Shown here: piece by piece, positions 48,568 to 57,187 of the stretch
How positions within the stretch are numbered: position 1 is the first letter of the stretch
Layout of the letters: each line of letters starts with the position of its first letter
Source of the DNA: a virus
Virus record (IMG/VR): IMGVR_UViG_3300032229_000759
Location: 48,255-112,254 of that record
DNA: 64,000 nucleotides
Reading direction: 5' to 3' (one strand)
Made by a program: the position numbers and the translations under genes
The notes under the pieces: generated by a model
The model's input: the letters and a program-made list of their open reading frames with translations, nothing else
Told to the model about the DNA's origin: nothing
Database searches by the model: none

Positions 48568-49244
48568 TTTTTAAATTTGTGTGACTTAAGTAGTTCTATA
48601 TTAGGATACTTCTTACTACCTAATACACCATCAGCAAAACCATATTCTACTGCTTCATTAGCTTTTAAAATCCAGTCACACTTATTAGCCAATTGAGATG
48701 TAATGTGTTTACGGGCCATCATTTTTTTCCAATTTTTTTGTTTGGCCATTTCACTTTCCATACATCTATCGGTGAAGATATCAATCATTTTATCACACTC
48801 TTCTTCGTTCCATTTAATAGAACTAGCAGCAGCCTTAGAGTGTTCATCATGTAAACTAAATGAACCATAATGAATCAACATATTTGTGTTAGGCATTAAA
48901 ATTCTTAAATGAGCCGCCTGTAATAAAACACTACTTGATGATTCTACTTTAGCATAAGACAATATTATAATTTTAGACTTAGAGTATTTTATAGTGTCGT
49001 ACATACCTAAGCAATCTTGCCAAGCCCCTCCGGGCAAGTGCATATGTACTAAAATAGTATCGGCAGATAGCGTATTGAGATATCTGATATTTTTTTCAAA
49101 CATAACAGAACATCGCCAATCAACGCCGCTTTCTTCTTCATTTTCTGAAATATACGAGTGTAAATATATTTCTCTATTTTTAGGGTCTAAGTTAAAATTA
49201 TGTATATCATTAATATCGCTGTCGTTGCTTGAATTAATTACCAT
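48564..49244 (-). CDS. clpP: ClpP-like serine protease
   Basis: REIYL, PGG..GMYDTI, VESSSS (Ser), MLIH (His), DWILKANEAVEYGFAD (Asp). Confidence 0.88.
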   Translation of the reverse strand: MVINSSNDSDINDIHNFNLDPKNREIYLHSYISENEEESGVDWRCSVMFEKNIRYLNTLSADTILVHMHLPGGAWQDCLGMYDTIKYSKSKIIILSYAKVESSSSVLLQAAHLRILMPNTNMLIHYGSFSLHDEHSKAAASSIKWNEEECDKMIDIFTDRCMESEMAKQKNWKKMMARKHITSQLANKCDWILKANEAVEYGFADGVLGSKKYPNIELLKSHKFKK

Positions 49245-49246
49245 AT

Positions 49247-49675
49247 TTATTCCGTATCAAGATGATTATATATTTGATCGTTGATTTCTTTCATTACTCT
49301 AGCATCATCAAAAACCTTGCCAATAGCTATACGGAATCTATATCTTGTAAAAATATCCAATGACTCTACTCCATCAACATTCTCCAGTATATCTACTATA
49401 GTAGGAGTAATAGTAAAATTAGTATGACCAACCCAAAAATTAAAAATTTTACTAGAAGCAGTATTTTCGGTATATGGAATAATACCCATAGGAGTAGCAA
49501 TAGCTTTCATGGGTTTTTTAAGATGATCTATAGGGTTGTATTCATTGCCTTCTTCTAGGTCATCAGACTCTTCAATACTATTAGCGTTTAGCTCATTAGC
49601 ATCGTCTTCTCCAAATGGATCAAACCATTTTTGCCAAATAATTAAACTTTCTTCATTATATATATTGGTTGTCAT
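49247..49675 (-). CDS. Hypothetical protein, C-terminus resembles the Nfu/NifU N-terminal domain
   Basis: LENVDGVESLDIFTRYRFRIAIGKVFD. Confidence 0.4.
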   Translation of the reverse strand: MTTNIYNEESLIIWQKWFDPFGEDDANELNANSIEESDDLEEGNEYNPIDHLKKPMKAIATPMGIIPYTENTASSKIFNFWVGHTNFTITPTIVDILENVDGVESLDIFTRYRFRIAIGKVFDDARVMKEINDQIYNHLDTE

Positions 49676-49686
49676 TATACTAATAT

Positions 49687-50061
49687 TTATTTATAATTTT
49701 TAAATACGTTAGAGGGTTTAATAACAGCGTTTTCATTTTTGTCCACCAAGCCGCTCCAATTTTTTAATAAACACTCAATAAACATAGCATCTTCTATATT
49801 ATTTTTTTTATTTACGCTCAACAACGTTTCTATAATTTCTCTTTTCATTTGACCGCTATCTATAAGATAAATAAGAGTGGCATATTTAGACGCTAATGCT
49901 TTAATAGATTCATGAGACAACTTATCTAAATCAGGCCAATAGCATAAAATATTAATAGAATCTTCAATAGTCAATTCTAAATTCAGACTACATATAAAAC
50001 TATGGTTATCCGCCTTATTAGTCGATGAACGAGAAAATAATTGTTTTAAAAACTTATACAT
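49687..50061 (-). CDS. Hypothetical protein
   Basis: ORF in operon. Confidence 0.55.
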   Translation of the reverse strand: MYKFLKQLFSRSSTNKADNHSFICSLNLELTIEDSINILCYWPDLDKLSHESIKALASKYATLIYLIDSGQMKREIIETLLSVNKKNNIEDAMFIECLLKNWSGLVDKNENAVIKPSNVFKNYK

Positions 50062-50401
50062 AGGCTAATGATTTTCTTGCGTGACTATCTATAAATGCCA
50101 TGTTGGTACTTATATAATAAGCACTCATGAGTTTGGTGCCAGGAGGTATATTACAAGCATAGAACGCTATAATCTCATTGTCTTCTTTTGCCAAGTCTAC
50201 TAAAATCGGCCTTGTCCAACCAAAAGATAAGTCTATGTGTTGTTCAAAAATGTTCTGTAAACAAACTGGGATAGATTCATCTTCTTCGTTGATCTGAATT
50301 GATATGGGGACATAATTAGTGTCTGATAAAGAAACCACACACCTCTCTAGTCTTTCTATATCATAAGAAGCAACTAATAATTTTAGACTATTAATGAGCA
50401 T
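50054..50401 (-). CDS. Hypothetical protein, possible degenerate Nudix fold
   Basis: DESIPVCLQNIFEQHIDL resembles the Nudix box helix (ESxxxAAxRELxEETGL) without its Glu residues. Confidence 0.35.
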   Translation of the reverse strand: MLINSLKLLVASYDIERLERCVVSLSDTNYVPISIQINEEDESIPVCLQNIFEQHIDLSFGWTRPILVDLAKEDNEIIAFYACNIPPGTKLMSAYYISTNMAFIDSHARKSLAYV

Positions 50402-50975
50402 ATGTTCTAATTCTAGCTAGTCCCTTTTGGATATTTTGACGAATTGCTTCTCTCGTCACTCCAAAAATATTACCTATTTCAGATAATGTTTTTTCTTCAA
50501 AATAGTACAGTCTAATTTGTTCTCTTTGTTTATCTGTAATAATACCAGAATTTAATAGATTATTAATGTTTGACTTTAATAATGAGTCAGACTCTTTGTT
50601 TTCTAATAGGGTCGCAGGGTCATACTCTATATTGTCTGGAATATTATTTGTAAAATTTATGTCATAAGCATCTACATTATCTAGAGAATAATGAGTATTT
50701 TGTTTACGATACTTATTAGTCAAATAAGTTTTAATAGCCCATATACCACACTGATTACGATAGGAATATTTAGTTTTTGACTTACCATTAAAGCCTACTC
50801 TATCTTTGTCCCACTTCCAGTCGCCGACCATAATTGCAGATGCTATATCAGCTATCGCATCATCATTATTTAAAAGCTCCTGCCTTAAAGAACCATAAAA
50901 TGTAGGAGCAAATTTAGAAACTATTTTTTTCGCTAAAGTTATATACGTAGACAGACTATCAAACTGTTTTTCCAT
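50391..50975 (-). CDS. Phage RNA polymerase sigma factor (sigma70 regions 2 and 4)
   Basis: KWD..KYSYRNQCGIWAI (region 2-like); KTLSEIGNIFGVTREAIRQ (region 4 HTH). Confidence 0.85.
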   Translation of the reverse strand: MEKQFDSLSTYITLAKKIVSKFAPTFYGSLRQELLNNDDAIADIASAIMVGDWKWDKDRVGFNGKSKTKYSYRNQCGIWAIKTYLTNKYRKQNTHYSLDNVDAYDINFTNNIPDNIEYDPATLLENKESDSLLKSNINNLLNSGIITDKQREQIRLYYFEEKTLSEIGNIFGVTREAIRQNIQKGLARIRTYAH

Positions 50976-51012
50976 TTATGTTTCCTTGTGTTAGAATCCT
51001 AAATACCAATTA

Positions 51013-51582
51013 TTATTTACTGAGCTTTTTCCATGTGTCTGGATCTGGTCTATCTTTATCTCCGGGCTTGGCGGGTCTATATCTTTTTCCCATTTTTTCT
51101 TTTTTTCTGCGGATATTTTCCCATAGTCCAGGTCTTTTGGCTGCTTCTGTATTATCGGCAGCGTCGGACACATACATGACAAAATCATGGATCGTTCTCA
51201 TGTAATCCTCTGTGATGGCGATTTTACCCTGTAGCCAGCTTTCTGTCAAGTTTTCTCTTACAGATGGATTTTCCAAGTTGTTGATAATTTCTTGTGCATG
51301 AGTGGCTATGGCTCTTAAAGATCCGAGACTCATTTCATAGAAATCTTTTTTATATTCCATCATTTCTTGTTCGACGGTTTCTTCTTCCATATTTTCTACG
51401 TCTAGAAAATTTTCTTCTCCCTTAGTTTTTTTAAGGTCTTGAAGTTTCTTTTTTATCATTTCTAATTCTAGTTGATCTTCTAAATCTTCTTTAAGATTTT
51501 CTTCATATTCGTTTGAAGATACGGCTTTATAGCTATTAATATTTTGAGTAATTGAATTTAATAAATCATATAATCTTGACAT
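51013..51582 (-). CDS. Hypothetical phage protein
   Basis: Acidic coiled coil, ESWLQGKI and GLWENIRRKK motifs. Confidence 0.6.
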   Translation of the reverse strand: MSRLYDLLNSITQNINSYKAVSSNEYEENLKEDLEDQLELEMIKKKLQDLKKTKGEENFLDVENMEEETVEQEMMEYKKDFYEMSLGSLRAIATHAQEIINNLENPSVRENLTESWLQGKIAITEDYMRTIHDFVMYVSDAADNTEAAKRPGLWENIRRKKEKMGKRYRPAKPGDKDRPDPDTWKKLSK

Positions 51583-51584
51583 AG

Positions 51585-52127
51585 TTACACCTGAATACTA
51601 AGGAAGTTGTCTAGACCCATTTGTTCTATAAGCTTAAGATATCCTTCATATAAAATGATGCCGTTCTCGCTACCTTGCAATAGTGGTATCATAATATTGG
51701 CTGTAAGTTCATCACCAGCTGCCCTAGCGGCTAAAATTGTTTCTTTTTCTGCTACTGCTGCTTCTTTTACAGAATTAAGATTGTATTGGATAATTCCTAG
51801 AATGTCATGCCTGGACCATGATACTGGGCTGACTACTAGTGGTTGATAGTCTACATCAAAAAATTCTAATCTTTTCAAATTTTCCATAGCGTGCTGATGT
51901 TCTTCTTCTGCATCTTTTTTGATAACATTCGCTAATTTTGTATATCCCCATCTTTCTAAATGAACAGCCTGTGCTGATAAAGATGTTGTTTGTTGCCAAT
52001 GAATATTTAATGATTTTTTAAGTAATTCTACTACCATGTTATTTGAATAGTTTTCTATCACCTGCGATTCGGTTTCCATAAATTTATTCTCTTGTTCTTT
52101 TAATAGATCAGATATAGGTTTATTCAT
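51585..52127 (-). CDS. Bacterioferritin-like protein with remodelled ferroxidase centre
   Basis: RWGYTKLA, EEHQHA and LIEQMGLDNFL align with Bfr. Confidence 0.78.
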   Translation of the reverse strand: MNKPISDLLKEQENKFMETESQVIENYSNNMVVELLKKSLNIHWQQTTSLSAQAVHLERWGYTKLANVIKKDAEEEHQHAMENLKRLEFFDVDYQPLVVSPVSWSRHDILGIIQYNLNSVKEAAVAEKETILAARAAGDELTANIMIPLLQGSENGIILYEGYLKLIEQMGLDNFLSIQV

Positions 52128-52128
52128 T

Positions 52129-52641
52129 TTACCACGCCTTACAAGACCAGTATCTTGCCTTCCATTTAGGTCCGGGATTATCACAATTATGTCTTGCTCT
52201 AAAACTTCTACGACGCTCTGGTATATTTTTTTTAATTTTCATATCTGGGTCGCCAAAGTTAACTTTAACAACATTGCCCTTATCGTTTTTGACATAAACA
52301 CTAAATTTTTTAGGGCCGTCTGGTGTTCTGAATGGTTTATTAAGCTTAACCTTTCTGCCATTTTTTTCAGCAGCAATGAGTCTGTTATCTTCATCATAAA
52401 CGTCTTTAATTTCTACTTCTATAACAAATTCATCCCACTCATCATCATATTCTGCTTTTAGAAAAGCTAAATTGGTTTGAACTTCTTCTATAAGAGAATG
52501 TTCGTTAGATCTTGTCTGACCTAGACAAATAGCTACTCTTTGTTGAGGATTAGAATATTCCTTCTTCATAGTCTCGCTAGACATACATCTAGCAACGAAC
52601 TTATCTTTATCTTCATTGTTATCTGGTGATGGTATGGGCAT
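52129..52641 (-). CDS. Conserved phage protein (DUF6321-like C-terminus)
   Basis: KKFSVYVK..VKVNFGDP..RRRSFRARHNC..ARYWSCKAW. Confidence 0.65.
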   Translation of the reverse strand: MPIPSPDNNEDKDKFVARCMSSETMKKEYSNPQQRVAICLGQTRSNEHSLIEEVQTNLAFLKAEYDDEWDEFVIEVEIKDVYDEDNRLIAAEKNGRKVKLNKPFRTPDGPKKFSVYVKNDKGNVVKVNFGDPDMKIKKNIPERRRSFRARHNCDNPGPKWKARYWSCKAW

Positions 52642-52651
52642 AGTATATCTC

Positions 52652-53716
52652 CTATAGGTTTTCTATACACCGCACAAATTGATTGGCCGCATTTTCCCAG
52701 CTAAATTGTTTGGCCGTGTCTATGCCTTTATTATTAGTAGTAATATTATTTGTATAAACATGTCTCATAAAATCTACTATTTGATCTTTTTCTTTTGATC
52801 CTATTTTAGCCCAACTACCTTCTCCGTGAAACCACTTACCATCATAAGCAAGTTCTTTTTCTGTAATATCTATTAAATAAGAATTTTCTTTATTGCAATA
52901 TTCTGTATGTGCAGAATAATTTGTAGCTATAACCGGCTTATTCATAGCCATAGTCTCTAAAAGTTCTAAATTCCAGCCTTCTGCTCTGGAGAGATATAAT
53001 CCGCAATTAGCATAAGACAGAGCTTCTGCTAAATCTTTTTGAGTAGATAGTCTAGGAAAAATCTTAATTTTATTTTTTAGTTTAGATTTACCAGCTAAAG
53101 ACAACCATTCTTTTTCTTGTGTCTCGTTCAAAAATGGATTATTAGTGATCATCCATAGTTCCACATTGTCATTATTTTCAAAAGCCCTATTGAAACACTC
53201 TATCACTAGATCGTGACCTTTTCTAATTTCCCATTTGCCTATAGTAATAAAAACATAATTATTAGTAGGCTTAGTATTATATAAATCAGCCGAGAAAATA
53301 GATGTATCAACACCCAGATTTACAATATCTATTGGTTTGTGGACTTCATTATTCAATAATACTTCTTTAGCCCATTGACTACTAGCTATTAATTTATCAG
53401 GAAAATTTAGATGATATTTTTCTGTGTCTGTAAAAGTGTCTAATTCAAAAAATGGATATGCTACATATGGTCCGTTTCCTATTCTTGAAAGAAGATCGAA
53501 TTGGTGCCATATCTTTACCGAGACATCATTATATTTGTGAGACGTTTGTTTTTTTATAGCCTCATTGATGATTTCTTGTTCTAGAACACTGTCTATTCTT
53601 GGTTGACCCATAGGAAAAAGAGCTATACTATGATCTTTAGATAAATTTTTTAACAAATTAAGTGCTACGTTACCATAGCCGGTCATACCTATAGGAGCAT
53701 TAAGATTGATATTCAT
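52652..53716 (-). CDS. Glycosyltransferase family 4
   Basis: TGYG, GKWEIRKG, EGWNLELLE, FSWENAA. Confidence 0.87.
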   Translation of the reverse strand: MNINLNAPIGMTGYGNVALNLLKNLSKDHSIALFPMGQPRIDSVLEQEIINEAIKKQTSHKYNDVSVKIWHQFDLLSRIGNGPYVAYPFFELDTFTDTEKYHLNFPDKLIASSQWAKEVLLNNEVHKPIDIVNLGVDTSIFSADLYNTKPTNNYVFITIGKWEIRKGHDLVIECFNRAFENNDNVELWMITNNPFLNETQEKEWLSLAGKSKLKNKIKIFPRLSTQKDLAEALSYANCGLYLSRAEGWNLELLETMAMNKPVIATNYSAHTEYCNKENSYLIDITEKELAYDGKWFHGEGSWAKIGSKEKDQIVDFMRHVYTNNITTNNKGIDTAKQFSWENAANQFVRCIENL

Positions 53717-53719
53717 ATT

Positions 53720-54853
53720 TTATGTACCAAATACGGGACTGTTGTTAGAATGAATTTTATTGACCATGCAAAAAGAACCACACCTAGCCATGTGTTTAAT
53801 ATTATTAGATCCTATATAGCAACAACAGGATCGTATACCTCCTAATAATTCTTGAATAATTTTCTGGATAGGTCCTTTATATGGTACGGTAATCTTTGTA
53901 CCTTCTGATGCTCTATAGTCTTTAATAGAGTCCTCATATAGTTCTTGAGCCTTATGTGTGCTCATACCATAGTAGGTAAATTTAATTTTTCTTTTGTCTG
54001 TTGGATAGCCAGGATCTAAAGCCTGCCAAAAATTTTGACTACTGGTTCCAGCCTTATATTCGTATTGCCATTCTCCATCACAAGGATCAGACCCGGCAAA
54101 ATATCCTCCTAGCATTACAAAATCAGCGCCTCCGCACAAGGCTTTACATACATCTCCTACTGTTTTATGTCCACCATCTGACGCAATAAGTCCTAATTTT
54201 TTAGGTCCAGACTCTAAGCCATGTGCCACATAAGAATTTTCTAATACACAAGATAATTGTGGAATACCGCAGCCAGTAATAAATCTCGTAGTACAAGCAG
54301 AGCCTCCACCTATACCACATTTAACTATATCTACTCCCCCATAAATAATCAATTCTTGAGTAGAGGCTGTGTTTGTCACATTTCCAGCTACAATAATAGA
54401 TTCTGGAAAATGCTCTCTAACCTTTTGACAATATTTGACAAAGGCTTCCATGTGTCCGTTCGGCACATCTATACATATATTGGGTTGTATACCCGTAATT
54501 TCTTTCAGTTCTAATAGGTGTTTAAGGTCGCTCTTCTTATAGCCTATCGATACAAAGACATAATCTAAATGGTCAGGACATTCTGCAAAATATTTAACTA
54601 AATCGTTTACCGAATGATATTTATGTAAACAAGCTATCATTCGATGTTCTGCTAAACGACGAGCCATATCAAATGAACAAAAGCTCATGTTCGCACACAT
54701 AATAGGTATACCAGACCAAACCCTAGGGGAATGATAAAAATTAAATGTTCTATATAAATTAATCTCTGACCTACTGTTTAGCGTTGATCTTTGGGGAACA
54801 ATCAATACATCATCAAAATCTAGCTTTGTTTCATTCATTATTTTTTGCATCAC
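53720..54853 (-). CDS. guaC: GMP reductase
   Basis: LDFDDVLIVPQRSTL.SR, CIDVPNGH, AGNV, GIGGGSACTTR, YGMST, YRASEG. Confidence 0.9.
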   Translation of the reverse strand: MMQKIMNETKLDFDDVLIVPQRSTLNSRSEINLYRTFNFYHSPRVWSGIPIMCANMSFCSFDMARRLAEHRMIACLHKYHSVNDLVKYFAECPDHLDYVFVSIGYKKSDLKHLLELKEITGIQPNICIDVPNGHMEAFVKYCQKVREHFPESIIVAGNVTNTASTQELIIYGGVDIVKCGIGGGSACTTRFITGCGIPQLSCVLENSYVAHGLESGPKKLGLIASDGGHKTVGDVCKALCGGADFVMLGGYFAGSDPCDGEWQYEYKAGTSSQNFWQALDPGYPTDKRKIKFTYYGMSTHKAQELYEDSIKDYRASEGTKITVPYKGPIQKIIQELLGGIRSCCCYIGSNNIKHMARCGSFCMVNKIHSNNSPVFGT

Positions 54854-55271
54854 TGAACTCTATTTTTTCTCTGTCTAAAAAGTATTTATTACCATAATCA
54901 ACAAAAATTTCTTCACCAGCTTTTATGTCTTGTGTAGCGACTAAATCTGCTATAAAATTATTATAATCAAATTTCCATTCTGTATTATTAATATCTTTAT
55001 GATTATACATCATGCCATAACCAAGAATCATATGCAAAATAAAACCATGATTTTTACACTCTAAACATGGACAGAGAGGTTGAGCATATAAGTACCTATA
55101 GATTTGAGGATCTGAATGGTATCTGGATCTAAAGCCTAAAGGCACAGTAGGACATCTTTCTATAAGTTCTCCTTCCGCTATATCTGTTACAGCAAATATG
55201 CCTCTACCATGTACAACAGAAGAACCCAGAGTAATTTTAGAAGGTGGCGTAAATTTTATTTCATTTGTCAT
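54831..55271 (-). CDS. SET-domain protein-lysine methyltransferase
   Basis: HGRGIFA, YNH, DIKAGEEIFVDYG. Confidence 0.87.
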   Translation of the reverse strand: MTNEIKFTPPSKITLGSSVVHGRGIFAVTDIAEGELIERCPTVPLGFRSRYHSDPQIYRYLYAQPLCPCLECKNHGFILHMILGYGMMYNHKDINNTEWKFDYNNFIADLVATQDIKAGEEIFVDYGNKYFLDREKIEFSDAKNNE

Positions 55272-55293
55272 ATTATTTGTTTTAAATTATAGA

Positions 55294-55827
55294 TTAGTTT
55301 ATATTAAAAAAGTACCAACGCTTATTTCTGTCAATTAATTCTGACTGGTCTATATGTGTGAGATAAGTAATGATGTCATTCCAAGAAGAAAAAATCATTT
55401 CATGAGGTATGGTGCCAAATAGCCAGTCTGGCGTATGTTTTTTACCTTGAACCATATGAAGAATGATGGGTTTTTTCTGTCTATTAGCCCAAAAAATTTC
55501 TTCTAATGTTCCACAAGGATGGATATCTAAGTCTAAGTTCACTACAAGAAAATCGCTGATATCTACCATACGTAAATCTACATTCCTAATATTCTTCATA
55601 AGAAGACTTAATTCATCATATTTTTCTAATGATTTAAGTTCGGTTTTATAGGCATGTGTTTGTTCATCTTCCAATCCTATGTCCGTTGGTTTGATAATAG
55701 GATTTAAAACTGACACCCCCATTTGCTCTAGGTGAGGAGTGATAAAATCTCTCCAAGTAGAACCTCTATCTGGTACTCTATCCATAGGACCGGCTAAGTA
55801 GGCCCTATGTTTATTTAATCTATTCAT
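55294..55827 (-). CDS. Nucleoside 2-deoxyribosyltransferase-like protein
   Basis: YLAGPM, DLRMVDISDFLVV, GTLEEI. Confidence 0.8.
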   Translation of the reverse strand: MNRLNKHRAYLAGPMDRVPDRGSTWRDFITPHLEQMGVSVLNPIIKPTDIGLEDEQTHAYKTELKSLEKYDELSLLMKNIRNVDLRMVDISDFLVVNLDLDIHPCGTLEEIFWANRQKKPIILHMVQGKKHTPDWLFGTIPHEMIFSSWNDIITYLTHIDQSELIDRNKRWYFFNIN

Positions 55828-55981
55828 GGTTCCTGGGTAATAAAAAGTCTAATAGGTTGTGAGAAAATTTAATGTTCTCAGACGATTTGCGGATAGTCTT
55901 AAGGTATCCATCAATCAAGCCGACCGATAGGCAAAAAATTAATAAGAAATAAAAACCCTGATTTATATTATTTGTTAGCAT
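55820..55981 (-). CDS. Small membrane protein (53 aa; below the ORF-track cutoff)
   Basis: MLTNNINQGFYFLLIFCLSVGLIDGYLKTIRKSSENIKFSHNLLDFLLPRNHE; overlaps both neighbours and fills the gap. Confidence 0.55.
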   Translation of the reverse strand: MLTNNINQGFYFLLIFCLSVGLIDGYLKTIRKSSENIKFSHNLLDFLLPRNHE

Positions 55982-56510
55982 AAATAAAAACATTCATATC
56001 GTGCCAAATATCGTTGATTAAACAAGTAATAAAATTCCAGTCTCCACCAGCTAATCCGCTCCCAAACTTAGGTGCATGTATTTCAATACTACATCCATCT
56101 TTCTGTTTTTGCAAGTCTTTGACATATAACTTTACTTGATTCATACAGTATACTAAAGCCCCATAATTCAGAGGTCTTTTATTATTGTGGCTAATAAGTT
56201 TATTTTGAGCAATCATGTTAGCAAAAGTTATACTGTGTCTATATTGCTTATTTTCTTTGACTGTTATAAACTGTGTGTGTCCTAGTTTAGCTTGTTGTCC
56301 AAGTATATGAAAATTAGCTTTTACTTCTGGATATATATTAGCTACTTGACCAGCAAAACCGGCACCAAATGCGTTAACATTATTACAAATATGAGGTATA
56401 ATAACAGAGCATCCAGCGGCTCCAGCATTAATTCTTTCTCTAGTAATATCAAAAATATTATCGTCTTTTATAAGATTAAATATGTTGTTTTGAGATGTTT
56501 TTGTTTTCAT
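55968..56510 (-). CDS. Macrodomain protein (ADP-ribose binding/hydrolase)
   Basis: HICNNVNAFGAGFA, NMIAQ, PKFGSGLAGGDW. Confidence 0.85.
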   Translation of the reverse strand: MKTKTSQNNIFNLIKDDNIFDITRERINAGAAGCSVIIPHICNNVNAFGAGFAGQVANIYPEVKANFHILGQQAKLGHTQFITVKENKQYRHSITFANMIAQNKLISHNNKRPLNYGALVYCMNQVKLYVKDLQKQKDGCSIEIHAPKFGSGLAGGDWNFITCLINDIWHDMNVFIYANK

Positions 56511-56755
56511 ACTTTATCCCATTTATCTAATGGACATTTTTGATCAGCCCATGCTAATTTGTTTAAAAAAACTTTTTTCTGATTTACATTACAACCACAA
56601 ACAAGACACTGACTCTTTTTAGTATCCAACATTTCACACGATTGACATATACTATATCTATGATTGATTATTGCTTGACTAGATTTGGGCAACCCAGCAC
56701 CAACATGAAACCACAAAGACTTCAAAAATGTTTTGACTCTTATTAGAAAGCGCAT
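56507..56755 (-). CDS. DUF6171-like Cys-rich small protein
   Basis: RYSICQSC..CLVCGC..KLAW...CPLDKW. Confidence 0.65.
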   Translation of the reverse strand: MRFLIRVKTFLKSLWFHVGAGLPKSSQAIINHRYSICQSCEMLDTKKSQCLVCGCNVNQKKVFLNKLAWADQKCPLDKWDKV

Positions 56756-56765
56756 AAGATTATTG

Positions 56766-56987
56766 CTATTTTAGTGGAGAAAAATTATTATTAATATCTA
56801 AATGGTATAGCTGCGTAGGCTCTATCATAATAGATCCCAAAAACCATCTGACTAGTCCATCATTTAAACCTAGACACATGTAAGAAGTTTGCTTATTCTT
56901 AGTCTCTCTATAGTCAGAAGAAAGCACATAAAAATAGTTTTGATATGCAAAAGTATCCCCAGCCTCTATTTCCTCAAGATACTTCAT
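56766..56987 (-). CDS. Small hypothetical protein
   Basis: LEEIEAGDTF SH3-like pattern. Confidence 0.55.
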   Translation of the reverse strand: MKYLEEIEAGDTFAYQNYFYVLSSDYRETKNKQTSYMCLGLNDGLVRWFLGSIMIEPTQLYHLDINNNFSPLK

Positions 56988-57162
56988 CTTCCCAGTCTTC
57001 CCATTTTTCTTCCTGTATCATTTCTTCTTTGGCTTTTTTGAACTGTTTTTTCAGTTTTTGGGTATCTTTAAAATCTGATACATTGTCCTTTTTTTTGGAA
57101 AACTTTTGTTCTATATTTTTCCTTCTGTTGTTTTTTCTTCTGTCAAAATCGAAATCATTCAT
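56974..57162 (-). CDS. Small charged hypothetical protein
   Basis: Basic core with EEKWEDWEDE tail; probable ATG 57162. Confidence 0.55.
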   Translation of the reverse strand: MNDFDFDRRKNNRRKNIEQKFSKKKDNVSDFKDTQKLKKQFKKAKEEMIQEEKWEDWEDEVS

Positions 57163-57187
57163 TTTGGAAAACACCCTGTTACGTTTC

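Noticed and set aside
50991-51188. Alternative-frame 65-aa ORF, and similar same-strand nested ORFs (9390, 13851, 35087, 62011, 62807)
   Set aside because: Nested in or largely overlapping better-supported genes, with no motifs or RBS
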